DNA of 64,000 nucleotides from Myxococcales bacterium (GCA_037445065.1 JBBILD010000006.1:137187-201186); one strand, 5' to 3'. Positions 48,324 to 59,012 are shown, numbered from the stretch's first letter. A program made the numbers and translations. The notes: generated by a model not told the origin, from the letters alone.

Positions 48324-49682
48324 TCAGAGGACCAGTTTGTACGCGAGACCGAACGCGCCGCTCAGCGCAATAACTGGGATCACGCCGGCTTGCTGGCGAA
48401 AGAGCAAGTAGGTGGCGCCAAGGGCAATGCATGCTGAGGGCCAGTCGAAACGGCCGCTGAATCCATGTGGCCAAAGCACGTGGTAAGTCAGGAACAATGC
48501 CAAATACACGATCACCCCGGTTACCGCCGCAGTAACTGCCTGTAGCGGCGCCGTGAGCGTCAGATTGCCGCGCGTGGATTCGACCATAGGGCCACCCGCG
48601 AGAATGAACAGAAAAGAGGGCAGAAAGGTAAACCACGTGGCCACTAGGGCGGCGAGTGCCCCTCCTGCAAAGGTGTACTCCGGGCCGAGGAGTGCCTGCC
48701 GGTAGCCGGCTACGAAGGCGACGAAGGCCACCACCATGATCAGTGGACCTGGAGTCGTTTCGCCGAGCGCTAAGCCGTCAATCATCTCTCCAGGAGTAAG
48801 CCAGCCGTAATGGTTCACAGCGGCTTGGTACACATAGGGAAGCACCGCGTACGCGCCCCCGAAGGTGAGCAAGGCGACCTTGGTAAAGAACCAAGTCATC
48901 TGCGTGAACATGCCACGCCAGCCGTCCGTTGCGGCCAGCCACGCCATTGGCACCACCCAAAGCAACGCACCGGCCACCAGCACTCGGGCAAAGCTGCGCG
49001 CGCGAAAGCGGGTGTGTTCTGGTGGGGGCGTGTCCTCGTCGATCAGCGCGGGAGTAAATTGCGAGACGGCCCCATTTGTTTTTCCCAGCAATCGCTCAGG
49101 AGCCAAGCGCCAGGCCAAGTAGCCGACCACCGCCGCGCCGGTCAAAATCGCCGGGAACGGCACCTGGAGGGCGGAGATGGCCACGAAGGAGGCGGCCGAA
49201 ATTGCCCAAAGCAAATGGCTGCGAAGCGTACGCGTGCCAATGCGGTAAGCGGCGTGCGCGACGATCGCGGTGACCGCCGGTTTGAACCCGTAAAAGAGCC
49301 CGGCCACAGCGGGCTGGTTGCCGAACGCAACATAGAGCCACGCTAGTAGGGTCAGGAGGATCAGCGACGGCAGGACGAACAGGGCTCCAGCAGCAATTCC
49401 GCCCCACGTGCGATGCAGTAACCAGCCAATGTAGGTGGCAAGCTGCTGGGCTTCCGGCCCGGGAAGCAGCATGCAGTAGTTCAGAGCGTGCAGAAAGCGA
49501 GGTTCGCTGATCCAACGCCTCCGCTCGACGAGTTCGGCGTGCATGATCGCGATTTGGCCGGCTGGACCACCAAAGCTCACGAAACCAAGTTGGAGCCAGA
49601 ACCGAAGCGCCTCCCGAAAGCTCACAGTCGCTGGTCGCGAGGTTGGTCCCTGGGAAGGGGGTTCCGTCGTCTGCGCTGTCAC
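48324..49682 (-). CDS. chrA: chromate ion transporter (CHR family)
   Basis: Duplicated ChrA halves with FGGPAGQIAIMH and LLTFGGAYAVLPY motifs. Confidence 0.85.
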   Translation of the reverse strand: MTAQTTEPPSQGPTSRPATVSFREALRFWLQLGFVSFGGPAGQIAIMHAELVERRRWISEPRFLHALNYCMLLPGPEAQQLATYIGWLLHRTWGGIAAGALFVLPSLILLTLLAWLYVAFGNQPAVAGLFYGFKPAVTAIVAHAAYRIGTRTLRSHLLWAISAASFVAISALQVPFPAILTGAAVVGYLAWRLAPERLLGKTNGAVSQFTPALIDEDTPPPEHTRFRARSFARVLVAGALLWVVPMAWLAATDGWRGMFTQMTWFFTKVALLTFGGAYAVLPYVYQAAVNHYGWLTPGEMIDGLALGETTPGPLIMVVAFVAFVAGYRQALLGPEYTFAGGALAALVATWFTFLPSFLFILAGGPMVESTRGNLTLTAPLQAVTAAVTGVIVYLALFLTYHVLWPHGFSGRFDWPSACIALGATYLLFRQQAGVIPVIALSGAFGLAYKLVL

Positions 49683-51136
49683 ACTAGGGCCCTTGCTCGA
49701 GGATCACCGTAGCTGTGCGCGCAGGTGCTTCCACTGCAGACAGGAACCGTTCCTGTTCCGAGGCAATCTTCCATCGTCGCTTGCAACTCCTGGTGCATTG
49801 CAGGTGAGCTGGGTGCGTCAGTTGCTGCGAAGGGACTCGGGGCTTCTGTTGTGGCCCTGGACAGTCGCCGTGCGGGCCAGCCTCCGCTGCCAGAAACTCG
49901 CTGCGGCTCCTGAGGCCACGAGTAAGAGCGGCCTTTTCTCCTCCGTTAGCCTATGTCGAGGGAGCGGTTCCCTGTTTGCCGGACCTCGTGCACGTCTCCC
50001 GTCAGCGCCTGGATCGGATGCAAACAGCTCTGCTCGTCGGAAGAGAACGCCCCACCGGGGCACGCCGATCACGTTCTTGTTCGGACCGCTCCGGCGTGTA
50101 GGCCCTGTTCGAGGGCCTACGGGACTGGTGCGGGAGCCGGTAGAGCCTCCACGTCTCCCCGCTCTTGTGCTCCTCCCAGTTGCGAAGCTGCGGACATTGT
50201 GCTGCCGACTTGCTCGGCCACTCCTGCAAGTCTGGAAGCGCCTCTTGCCCAGCCCGTCTGTCGGCGAGCCAGAGCCGCCCGCTCACGTAGACAGCGTTCG
50301 TTTTGCGCGGCAGGTCGTCCACGGCTTTGCACAAACGAGTGCATGCTCCAACGCTGCCTGCGTGCCGCGGGCAGCACCTGAGAGGCAGTCGCGCCGAATT
50401 CGGGTGGCGGTCGCCCCTCCGCAGCTCTACCCCGCGAAGCTCCCGATCCTTGCGGCGCAACCACACAGCCTGCCAGCTTGGCTCGCAGTGGCGGCGCACC
50501 CACCTTCGCCGCGACTGGCGGTTCCGTCGGCACACGTGCAAGCAGAAGAGCTGCCCTTACAACAATTGGCAGCCCCGGTAATTCAACGGAATCCGAACAC
50601 CCACAGCACGGGGCCACGTGCCGCTGCTTGCACAGCGGGCGCGGGTACGAGATGCCATCCAGGTTGTGTAGGGGCGACCCTTGTGGTTACCGGAGGTGCC
50701 GTTGGCAGTGCTGTTCGAACGTGCCCGCGGCGTTTATGCGACCACGCGTTGCTGGCAGCATGGTGTCCCTTCGCCGCACTCCCCTGCCCCCCGAGGCATG
50801 CTGTCACCACTACCACCAACAACGCTGAAATCGTTGCGCATGGCTCCCCGGGATTGGACCGCAGCGCCTACCCAGGAGCGCTTTCGGCGTGAGCGGCCGA
50901 GCGCACTCCTGGCGAGTGGGCAATGAGCTGGCCGATCGCCGGCGTTTGGGGACGCCGCTGGTGCGAGCACTTCGGTGCGGCCCAGGCTCGACCTCCGCGG
51001 CTTTGGTTCCGAAACTTCGTTGCTTGAGTTGCGTGCTAAGGGGTGTAGCGTGCCGAGTCAGGCGAGGAGGGTTGCGCATGCACCCAGCCGCCGCACGGCA
51101 AAGGTGGCCTAGTAGTCGCGGGGGGCGTACTCGCGC

Positions 51137-53030
51137 ATGCGCGTGGTTCCTCGCGGTCGTGTTCTTTTGGGCGAGCCCGGAGGCTCCATGGCTTTGGCAC
51201 TCGCTGCCTGCCCGCTCGACTGCAATGAAGACGGGCTCGTATCGGAGAGCGGGTTAGCCCTTGGACTCGCCAACGTCTCTCCCCGAGCAGTGTTTGGCTG
51301 TCCCATCGCTGGCCCGCAGTCGACTCCAACGCCGACGGCGACTACGGCGTCGAGGACCTCATCCGCGGCGCCACGGCTCGCCGTCTGCAGTGCGAAGATG
51401 TGGCATCACCGGCAGGCTGGCGCGGTGCGGTCATTGACGCATTGCAGGGACTCTATCTCATCGGTGCCCAACTCCGCGCCAACCGCTGACCTCCACCGGG
51501 CACGTTGGCGTCCGACCCCTCATGGGCGTGGCTTGGGCCGGATTCTGCCACGCCGAGCCCACGCCTCAGTTCCGGTTCGTCACCACAACCTCCAATCTGC
51601 CCTGGATGCGGCCTGGCTGGCCACCGCCGAATTGTGCCTTCGACCCGCCGGCGGCGGCTTATCTCGCGGACGTGCCGCCCACCCCTACCCTCACGCGCAC
51701 GCCTACCAGCAGCACACCTACCCCGGGCACGCGCACCCCCACTTGGATTGCCACGCCCACTCGGACGGCCACGGCCACTCCCACCGGTCCCACGCCCATA
51801 CGTACACCGGTTCTCTTATGCGACACTGTGGATTGCCGCGGGATCGCTCCGGACTGCTGCCCGTGCCCTGGAGATTCCTGTCCCATTGCCGATTGGCAGG
51901 TGGAACCAATACCGCAAGTGCAAGGAGTATTTCTGCGCGCTCGATCCGTTGAGCCCGGCGTGCTTGGGCGAGTGTGGGACTTGTCCACCGAATGCTCCGT
52001 GTCTCGGCGCTCCAGCGACTGCTTGTGCGACAGCCACCTACACGCGTACGCCGGCGTGCAGCCCACGCGCACCGCCAGTCCCACTCGCACGCCCACCGGA
52101 CCGACCCGTACTCCCACCGCGGCGCCACCCCCGGCGCGCATCCCCGGACTCGCTGTGCCGATCCTCGACGTATCCGGGAGCAACGGCGAGCGTGTGACCG
52201 TCGAGGCGTACTTAGTGGGCAGCGGCGGCAAGGTTGGCGGTTTGGAATTCGACTTGCTGCTGCTGCAGGCGGCTGTAGCGCCAGTGGCTGTGTCGGAACA
52301 ATCGGCGGACAGCGTCCTGCAAGCAGCCTTTCTCTCCACCCACCGCTTGCCTCTAGTCGCGCCCCCGATCACCCGCTCGCTGGATTCGACCGGGTGCCGG
52401 TGCTGGTGGCGGACCGCAACGTGACCGACCGACTGCGCGACGAAACGCAGATGTTGAGCGACGGTGTGGTGGTGACCTGCACTCTGACCATCCTCACCAA
52501 CGCGCCTAGGGGCGGCCACCCGTTGCGCGTGGATCGGGCGCGAGCAGGCGATGAGCGCGGCACTTCCCTGTGGCCCTTCCGGGGCAGGCGACGCTGTGGG
52601 TGGGGGGCTGTTCGGGGAGCTGCTGCTCAAAGGAGGCGCCACCATGAGGCCGATGTTGTTCGGCACATACAGAACAACCGAACCCGCACCGCCTGCCTGG
52701 CTTGCAGCGCTGCTCGCGGCAGCCGTTGTTCAGGCTCGTGGGGCCTGGGGCCAGTTCGTACTCGAGGAAAGGTGGGACTTCCGGTACCCAGGCCCAGGCT
52801 ATGTCATCGAGCGCACGGCCTGGTATGCGGTCTACCCGGTCAAAACCAGAGATGCCATTGGTCCGCCTGGAGGCAGTGCGATGATTTCCGTTGCAGTGCG
52901 CCCGACATTGCGCTGTTGCGACTCAGAGCCGCAAGCGTTCTGGGAGGGGTGGTTTTCTCTCCGCTTCGCGGGTCTCGAGGGCTTGGGTTCCCCGTTGCAG
53001 CGCAGCTTTATCCGGCGCGGCCTGCGGTGA
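51137..53030 (+). pseudogene. multiply frameshifted locus encoding dockerin-like, PT-linker, Cys-rich and cohesin-like segments (scaffoldin-like remnant)
   Basis: Frame 2 reads CPLDCNEDGLVSESGLALGLANV (dockerin-like). Frame 0 reads PTPTLTRTPTSSTPTPGTRTPT... and later PTRTASPTRTPTGPTRTPT...VPILDVSGSNGERVTVEAYLVGSGGKVGGLEFDL (cohesin-like). Another frame reads CALDPLSPACLGECGTCPPNAPC. No single frame is open across the region. Confidence 0.3.
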
Positions 53031-53226
53031 GCCGTGCTGCCCGATTCTTTGCAAGTCGTCCCGGACCGAGGGTCTGGATGGCGTCTTCTCCCTCCCCGTT
53101 GGGGTGGGTTTCGGTTCATTCCGGCCAAGGTTCCGGATATCCAGGTCCGGGAATGGCTCAGGGGGCTGAGAGCCCCTGGTCGCCCTGAGTCAGCGCCATG
53201 CGAGAGGATCGTGGTTTGGTTTTACG

Positions 53227-53706
53227 TTGGGCTTCAACTGTTGCTTGAAGGCGAGTCGGGCCCATTCGCAACGGACCCGATTCCGATTCACGAGTGGCCC
53301 GAGGGGGCCCTCGGGCCTGCCGTTTTTCGCGCCTGAGGATTCGGCGGTGTGCTGTGGCTTCTTTGTGCCTGCTACTGCCCGCCCAGGGACGTACCCGGCA
53401 GAGTGCGCGGGCAACGAAGAAGGGATCCTGCTGCCGCCGGAGTGTGGCGGCTGCCAACGGGGCGCTTTGCACGTGGTGCCGTGCGTGGCCGACTGCAACC
53501 GCGACGGGCAGGTGACCGTGGAGGAACTGGTGCGCGCGGTGGGCGTGGTGGTGGGCAGGGAGCGTTACGAAGGCTGCGCTGCTGCCGATGGCAACGAAGA
53601 CGGGGCGGTCGCCTTGGATGAGGTGGTGCGTGGCGTGCGCAACGTGCTGACGAGCTGCCTGCAGACCTGGATGGAAGCGCACAACGCCCCTCTAGAGGTG
53701 CCGTGA
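53227..53706 (+). CDS. Cys-rich protein fragment with C-terminal dockerin-like double repeat
   Basis: CVADCNRDGQVTVEELVRAVGVVVG...ADGNEDGAVALDEVVRGVRNVL. No signal peptide at the tracked TTG start, so this may be the 3' part of the decayed upstream gene. Confidence 0.4.
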   Translation: MGFNCCLKASRAHSQRTRFRFTSGPRGPSGLPFFAPEDSAVCCGFFVPATARPGTYPAECAGNEEGILLPPECGGCQRGALHVVPCVADCNRDGQVTVEELVRAVGVVVGRERYEGCAAADGNEDGAVALDEVVRGVRNVLTSCLQTWMEAHNAPLEVP

Positions 53707-54182
53707 TGAGGTTCTCGGCTCGGCTCTCGAGCGTGCTGATCGCTGTCTTGCTTGCACCGCCCACGGTGCGGTTTGCCGCTGCCATTGACTCCACTGGGGT
53801 GCTCAAAGCGACCATTCATCCTGCGGCGGCTCGCGCCGGGGGTGAGGGCGACCTGCTGTTTTCGCTTGCCTCTCCCGACGAATCCTGGGAAGGCAAGCGG
53901 CTGCGGGGACTGCTGAACTGGCCTCGTGCTGGCGGCAGAGAGCCCAGCCACCCGTGGTGGTGGGTGCGCAAGGCAGAAAACGGCGTGCCCGACGGCGAGC
54001 CCTGGGACGCTGCTGCCTTTACCGAGTTCGAGGTTCGGTTCCACCCGCCAGGTTGTAGGGAGGGGGTGAATCGCTTCGCGATGACCTTGCGCGGCGAAGT
54101 GCACCGCGCGCCGGAACCTCCCATCGTGCGCTGCCGCATCGCGGTGGCGCCAACCCGTTCTCCAGGCGAGTACGTGCACTAA
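53703..54182 (+). CDS. small secreted protein, unknown function
   Basis: Signal peptide MMRFSARLSSVLIAVLLAPPTVRFAAA. Start overlaps the upstream stop. Trp-rich segment PSHPWWWVRKAENG. Confidence 0.45.
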   Translation: MMRFSARLSSVLIAVLLAPPTVRFAAAIDSTGVLKATIHPAAARAGGEGDLLFSLASPDESWEGKRLRGLLNWPRAGGREPSHPWWWVRKAENGVPDGEPWDAAAFTEFEVRFHPPGCREGVNRFAMTLRGEVHRAPEPPIVRCRIAVAPTRSPGEYVH

Positions 54183-54292
54183 ACGGGTTGCCCGTTCGGT
54201 GCTGCACTCTGCCGGGTGGGCTACCTCTGGCGCCAGTGGTTGGAGGAACCGTGCGTGCGGATCCCGGGGCGTTTCCCTCTGCGGGTGGAGCC

Positions 54293-54799
54293 ATGAAGCG
54301 CATGACCTGGCTAGCGCGCGCCAACCTATTGCGTGTGCTCCGCTTGTTCGCCGTCGTCTCCGCTACCACTGCTGTGCTCGCCTTCCTGGCCGCTGCCTTG
54401 CCTCCCCTCTCGGTTGCACTGCTGCCGACCTCGCTGGCCTTGCGCGGGAGCTTGGAGGAGGCCGTTGGCAACGAAGGGCAGACTGGGGCTCCGGACCGGC
54501 GGTTGCAGTGGAGCTTCGTTGGCCAGCGCCAAGGCCACGCGTTGCATGGTAAGTGGCTCATACTCGGCCATCCGAGTTGGAACAGTTTGGCAGTGGAAGC
54601 CGCCGTCCTTCCTGAGGTTGTCGAGGGCTTGCTCATGGGCGCGGGTGGCGAGGTGGTCGGGAAGTTGTCCGGCCGCTGGAGTACTTCGGGGGCAGAGGGC
54701 ACCTACGAGCTCTTGAGCGGCGAGGCGGGTAGCTGGAATTGGCCCTCGGCGGCGCCCGACACACCACCGACGGCCGAGAAAGAGCCCGCGCTGGCATGA
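54293..54799 (+). CDS. membrane-anchored/secreted hypothetical protein
   Basis: ATG 54293 preceded by GGGTGGAG. N-terminal hydrophobic anchor LLRVLRLFAVVSATTAVLAFLAAALPP. Confidence 0.4.
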   Translation: MKRMTWLARANLLRVLRLFAVVSATTAVLAFLAAALPPLSVALLPTSLALRGSLEEAVGNEGQTGAPDRRLQWSFVGQRQGHALHGKWLILGHPSWNSLAVEAAVLPEVVEGLLMGAGGEVVGKLSGRWSTSGAEGTYELLSGEAGSWNWPSAAPDTPPTAEKEPALA

Positions 54800-55016
54800 G
54801 CGAGCGGAAGTCGCTGGGCGAGGCCCTCGGTCCCGGAGTGCGCGCGGGGCACCACCCGTGCGACCCGAACCCAGCAGAGGGCGATTCGGGATGTGGCCTT
54901 ACCTAGGCGGAGTTCCGGCATATTACGCCGCCTGGGTCGCCGCGGCGGCGGCGTTCCTGGGGTGGGGCTACCGGGCTTAGCGGTGCAGCACCGCTCGGAG
55001 CCTGCCTCGCTTTTTA

Positions 55017-55730
55017 TTGCCGCTATCGCTGGTGTGCGCAGTGCTGCTCGGGACAAAGGCGGCTTACGGATTGGAGCGATCGCACGGGCTGAGCACCATG
55101 CCCTTTGCCGCACCTGAGTGGTGGTCCGGTTTTCGCCTGCCCGCCGGGAGTGTGCTCGCGCCCTGTTGCTTTTGTGTTGGGGCTCGCCTGGCGGCGCTTC
55201 CGTTCGGCACCGTTGCCGATGCGCTCTCGGTACCGGCATGGGCGAGCGTGGCACTGCTCCAAGTCGGCTGTTTGCTCAATGGCTGCTGCTTCGGGCGCTC
55301 GAGCTCTCTCCCGTGGGCGGTCTGCTTGTATGGGCACACACAACCTTTCTGCTGCACGCCAAACTGGGCTGGGTTGCCAGCAGCCAACCTTCTACTGCCC
55401 CAGCTCACCCGCTGCCCTTGTACTTTGCTGCGCTCGCCCGGCTCGCTGCGGTAACCTCTAGCTTCTAAAGGTCTCGGTGGGGCGGCCTGGTGCTCGGTTC
55501 CTGACCGCGCTGTGCGTGTACGGTTCGGGTGCCGCGTTTCTGGAGCCGTTGCGCCCGCTCTGGTTGTGGCCGAACCTCGTTTTCTGCACTGTCCTGAGTG
55601 TGGCCAGTGCCGCTGCGCTCGTGAACTTGCACGGCGAAGATCGCGCCGCCCGGCGTGCTCGACCAGTGGCTCCGCTGTCCAGCGGGAGGGGCCACGATTC
55701 GAAGAGAACCGCACCCACGCCCGGGTAGGC
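55017..55730 (+). pseudogene. prolipoprotein diacylglyceryl transferase (Lgt)-like gene fragments across three frames
   Basis: Frame 0 reads LQVGCLLNGCCFGRSSSLPWAVCLYG (compare Lgt GRLGNFINGELWGR...PWA). Frame 2 reads AHPLPLYFAAL (compare HPSQLYE). Frame 1 reads RPGARFLTALCVYGSGAAFLEPLRP (compare YGAFRIIVEFFRQP). Confidence 0.35.
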
Positions 55731-56500
55731 TCGAAGCTTGCCAGTTCGAGGCGCGACGCTGGGCTCTCGTCGCGGCTCAAGGCGGAGCAGGCGATCAGGG
55801 GTGTGTGATGACCGGACCACTGCGACTAGTCGCTTACGTGTAAGTCGTGCCGCGCGTGCGTGCGCTAGCGGGTGCACGGCGAAGGTTTCGGAAGACCACC
55901 GGCTGGGCGAAGAAAACCCCCGTTGCGGGTGTTCATGGAGAGCGGTAACGGCGACCCTCGCGCTCCGCTCGCTTGACTCCGTCCTCACTGTGCCTCTGCG
56001 GTCCACGCCTCCAGGACCTGTGATGTGCCGCCCTCACAAGCGCGCAGGAAATTGTCGTGGGAAGGCAACGAAGTCCTATCAAACGACCGAAATCTTGCCG
56101 CGCTTCCTTTGCGCTTTCTGCCCCTCTTGGCGGCCTTCCCCTCGCTCCTGGACTACCTACCAGCCCTGGATCCTTGTCGGCGGAAGGTTTCCCACACTGC
56201 GCCTCCGGTCGAGGGCCGAACTCGGCCGCAGAAACTGCCCTCGATCGGGCTCATGCGAGAGGGCCGCGAGCAAGGCCGGGTGCGAGGAACGAGCCATTTG
56301 CTCTGCACCCCCCGTCCGCCACCAGATCGCCTCTGGCCCGCTCATCTTGGGGATCGTTCTCCCGACCTTTCCGCACAACAAAGGGAAAAGACTGGCGTGC
56401 AACCCCGCGAGTCGCTTCCGCGTGCGGTTTATGTAACAAGGACTTCGCGCGTGCGACCAAGCGGGCATGACTAACGGAGCGGGTCGCGCTGGGAAGAACG

Positions 56501-57391
56501 ATGCAAGGAAACACTGAGGGAAACGGGGGCGTCGCCCGCCAGCGTTCTGCGGGCCTCGCCGGGTTTGCGCGCGGGTTGCGGTGGCTGTGCTGGCTGGTGA
56601 TTGCAGGCTGTGCGGTAGCGCTCGCTCGTTTGCTTCCGGTGAGCGCGTGGCTTCAGCAAATCACGGTCGTTGCGGAAGGCGCAGGCCCTTGGGGCCTGGT
56701 GATCTTCGGTCTTGCATATGTTGTGGCGGCATTGCTGTTCGTGCCGGGGGCAGCGATCACGATCGCTGCCGGAGCCGTCTTCGGGCTTGGGCTCGGCATC
56801 GTGGTGGTCTCGTTCGCTTCGACTGCCGCCGCCGCACTCGCGTTCGCCATCGCTCGCTATGCGGCGCGCGGCGCCGTGACGGAGTGGGCGAAAAGATACC
56901 CGTGGTTCGTTGCCCTCGATCAGGCGCTCGAGCGTGGCGGATGGCGGATCGTGGCTTTGCTGCGGCTGTCACCTGTTGTGCCTTTCAACGTGCTCAATTA
57001 CTTGCTCGGCCTAACCGCGGTCCGTTTTGGGCCGTACGTGCTGGCGAGTTGGATTTTCATGCTTCCCGGCACGGTGCTGTACGTGGGAGCGGGTTACGCG
57101 AGCCGGCTAGGACTGGAAGCAGCGGCAGGCCAGGAGGCGGCGCTTTCTCTCGGCCGTTGGCTGCTGCTCGTAGTGGGCCTCGCCGCCACGCTTTTTGTGA
57201 CCGTGTACGCAGGCCGGCTGGCCCGCCAGGCGATGGCGGAGCAGGTGCAAAGTCTTGCCAGCCCAAAGCCGCAGCAGCCAGCAACAAGGACGGGAGCCAG
57301 TTCTACGGGCCTGCTCGTGCTTGCTTCGCTGGCCGTGTTGATGGTCGCGGTGACGTCGTTCGCCTATTTGCACGCGGGTGGGGCCCACTGA
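56501..57391 (+). CDS. TVP38/TMEM64 (DedA superfamily) membrane protein
   Basis: LRLSPVVPFNVLNYLLGLT signature of DedA/SNARE-associated proteins, with multiple TM helices. Confidence 0.85.
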   Translation: MQGNTEGNGGVARQRSAGLAGFARGLRWLCWLVIAGCAVALARLLPVSAWLQQITVVAEGAGPWGLVIFGLAYVVAALLFVPGAAITIAAGAVFGLGLGIVVVSFASTAAAALAFAIARYAARGAVTEWAKRYPWFVALDQALERGGWRIVALLRLSPVVPFNVLNYLLGLTAVRFGPYVLASWIFMLPGTVLYVGAGYASRLGLEAAAGQEAALSLGRWLLLVVGLAATLFVTVYAGRLARQAMAEQVQSLASPKPQQPATRTGASSTGLLVLASLAVLMVAVTSFAYLHAGGAH

Positions 57392-57443
57392 GCCCGCGCT
57401 CCGCTTCCAACGTGGAAAGACCTACGCATCGCGAGGAGGAACG

Positions 57444-59012
57444 ATGAGTGCACACCGTCTAGCTGTGACCCCATGGGAAACACCTGCGGAAAGCTGGCAG
57501 AAGATGCTCGTGCCGGACTCCGAACACAATCGGGAGTTGGCGCGGCAAGTGCGTCCGCCGAACTGGGTGCCACCGGTTCCAGCTCGCCGTTACAACTTGG
57601 TGGTGATCGGCGGAGGTACGGCGGGGCTGGTGACGGCCGTGGGCGCCTCGTCCTTGGGCGCGCGAGTGGCGCTGGTGGAGCAGGGGCTGCTCGGCGGCGA
57701 CTGCCTCAACGTCGGATGCGTACCCTCCAAGGCAGTTCTGCACGCTGCCCGCGTGGCCGCCGAGGTGCGGCGGGCAAGCTGGCTGCGTGTGGCGGGCGGT
57801 GGCGCGGTGGAAAGTGACTTTGCGCGCGTCATGGAACGCATGCGCGCCATTCGCGCCGAATTGGCGAGGAACGACTCAGCTCAGCGGCTGGCAGACCTGG
57901 GTGTAGACGTGTTTTTCGAGCAGGCGCGCTTTACGGGACCGGACACGGTGCAGGCTGGAAACCAGGAGCTGCGCTTTGCGCGTGCCGTGATTGCTACAGG
58001 CGCGCGTGCGGCAGTCCCGCCCATCTCTGGTTTGGACTCGGTGCCATACTGGACCAATGAGTCGGTCTTCTCGATGACCGAACTTCCACGGCGCTTGGTG
58101 GTGCTCGGTGCCGGACCGATCGGGTGCGAGCTAGGGCAAGCGTTTGCTCGTTTCGGCTCCCGCGTGACGTTGGTGGACATGGCGCCTCGAATCTTGCCAA
58201 GGGACGATGCGGAAGCTGCCGCGGTCGTGACCGAGTCCTTGCTCCGCGACGGCGTCGAAATCATGTCCGAGGCTAAGGTCGAACGAGTGGAGCGTACGCG
58301 CGGCGGTGAGATCTCCGTACAGGTGCGCTCTGCCCGGGGGGCAGCCGCGCTCGCGGCCGACGGTCTCTTGGTCGCTGTCGGCCGTGCGCCGAACATCGAG
58401 GCGTTGGATCTCGAAGCGGCGGGGGTGCGATACGATGCCAGGCAAGGGGTTCAGGTTGACGACTTCCTGCGCTCGAGTAACCCTCGCATTTACGCGGCAG
58501 GCGACGTTTGCTCCGCGTTTCGCTTTACTCACGCTGCGGATGCGATGGCGCGCATTGTGATTCAGAATGCGCTCTTTTTCGGGCGCGCGCGGGTGAGTCA
58601 GCTCGTGATCCCATGGTGTACCTACACCGACCCTGAGCTGGCGCAGGTAGGTTGGAGCGAGGAAGAAGCGCGCCGCCGAGGAGCGGATCCGCACGTCGTC
58701 CGAGTGGACTTTGCTGAGGTCGATCGCGCTGTCGTAGATGGGCGCGCGCAAGGCTTTGTGAAAGTTGTTGCTCATCGGCGCTCGGGGAAGGTGCTGGGGG
58801 CAACGATTGTGGGGCCGGCTGCCGGGGAATTGGCAGCCCACCTTGCCACTGCAGTGCAACATGGTGTGCGCCTTTCCAGCTTCGCCCGCACAGTGTTTCC
58901 GTATCCAACGCTTTCGCTTGCCATCAAGCGCGCGGCGGACCAATGGAACCGCACGCGCCTGACACCGCGCGTGCAATGGTTGTTTTCCAAGTTCCTTGCG
59001 TGGCGCCGCTGA
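57444..59012 (+). CDS. class I pyridine nucleotide-disulfide oxidoreductase (dihydrolipoamide dehydrogenase / mercuric reductase-like)
   Basis: LVVIGGGTAGL, redox-active GGDCLNVGCVPSK, a second Rossmann fold LVVLGAGPIGCE, and a dimerisation domain. GAGGAGG RBS before ATG 57444. Confidence 0.85.
   Translation: MSAHRLAVTPWETPAESWQKMLVPDSEHNRELARQVRPPNWVPPVPARRYNLVVIGGGTAGLVTAVGASSLGARVALVEQGLLGGDCLNVGCVPSKAVLHAARVAAEVRRASWLRVAGGGAVESDFARVMERMRAIRAELARNDSAQRLADLGVDVFFEQARFTGPDTVQAGNQELRFARAVIATGARAAVPPISGLDSVPYWTNESVFSMTELPRRLVVLGAGPIGCELGQAFARFGSRVTLVDMAPRILPRDDAEAAAVVTESLLRDGVEIMSEAKVERVERTRGGEISVQVRSARGAAALAADGLLVAVGRAPNIEALDLEAAGVRYDARQGVQVDDFLRSSNPRIYAAGDVCSAFRFTHAADAMARIVIQNALFFGRARVSQLVIPWCTYTDPELAQVGWSEEEARRRGADPHVVRVDFAEVDRAVVDGRAQGFVKVVAHRRSGKVLGATIVGPAAGELAAHLATAVQHGVRLSSFARTVFPYPTLSLAIKRAADQWNRTRLTPRVQWLFSKFLAWRR

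Noticed and set aside
49543-50892. 449-aa ORF on the + strand after chrA
   Set aside because: Arg/Pro/Ala-rich low-complexity translation with no motifs. It overlaps the chrA 5' end. This is typical spurious long ORF content in GC-rich DNA.
51659-52666. 335-aa minus-strand ORF with GVGV/RVGV repeats
   Set aside because: It is the reverse complement of the PT linker coding (ACN CCN repeats). Artefactual.
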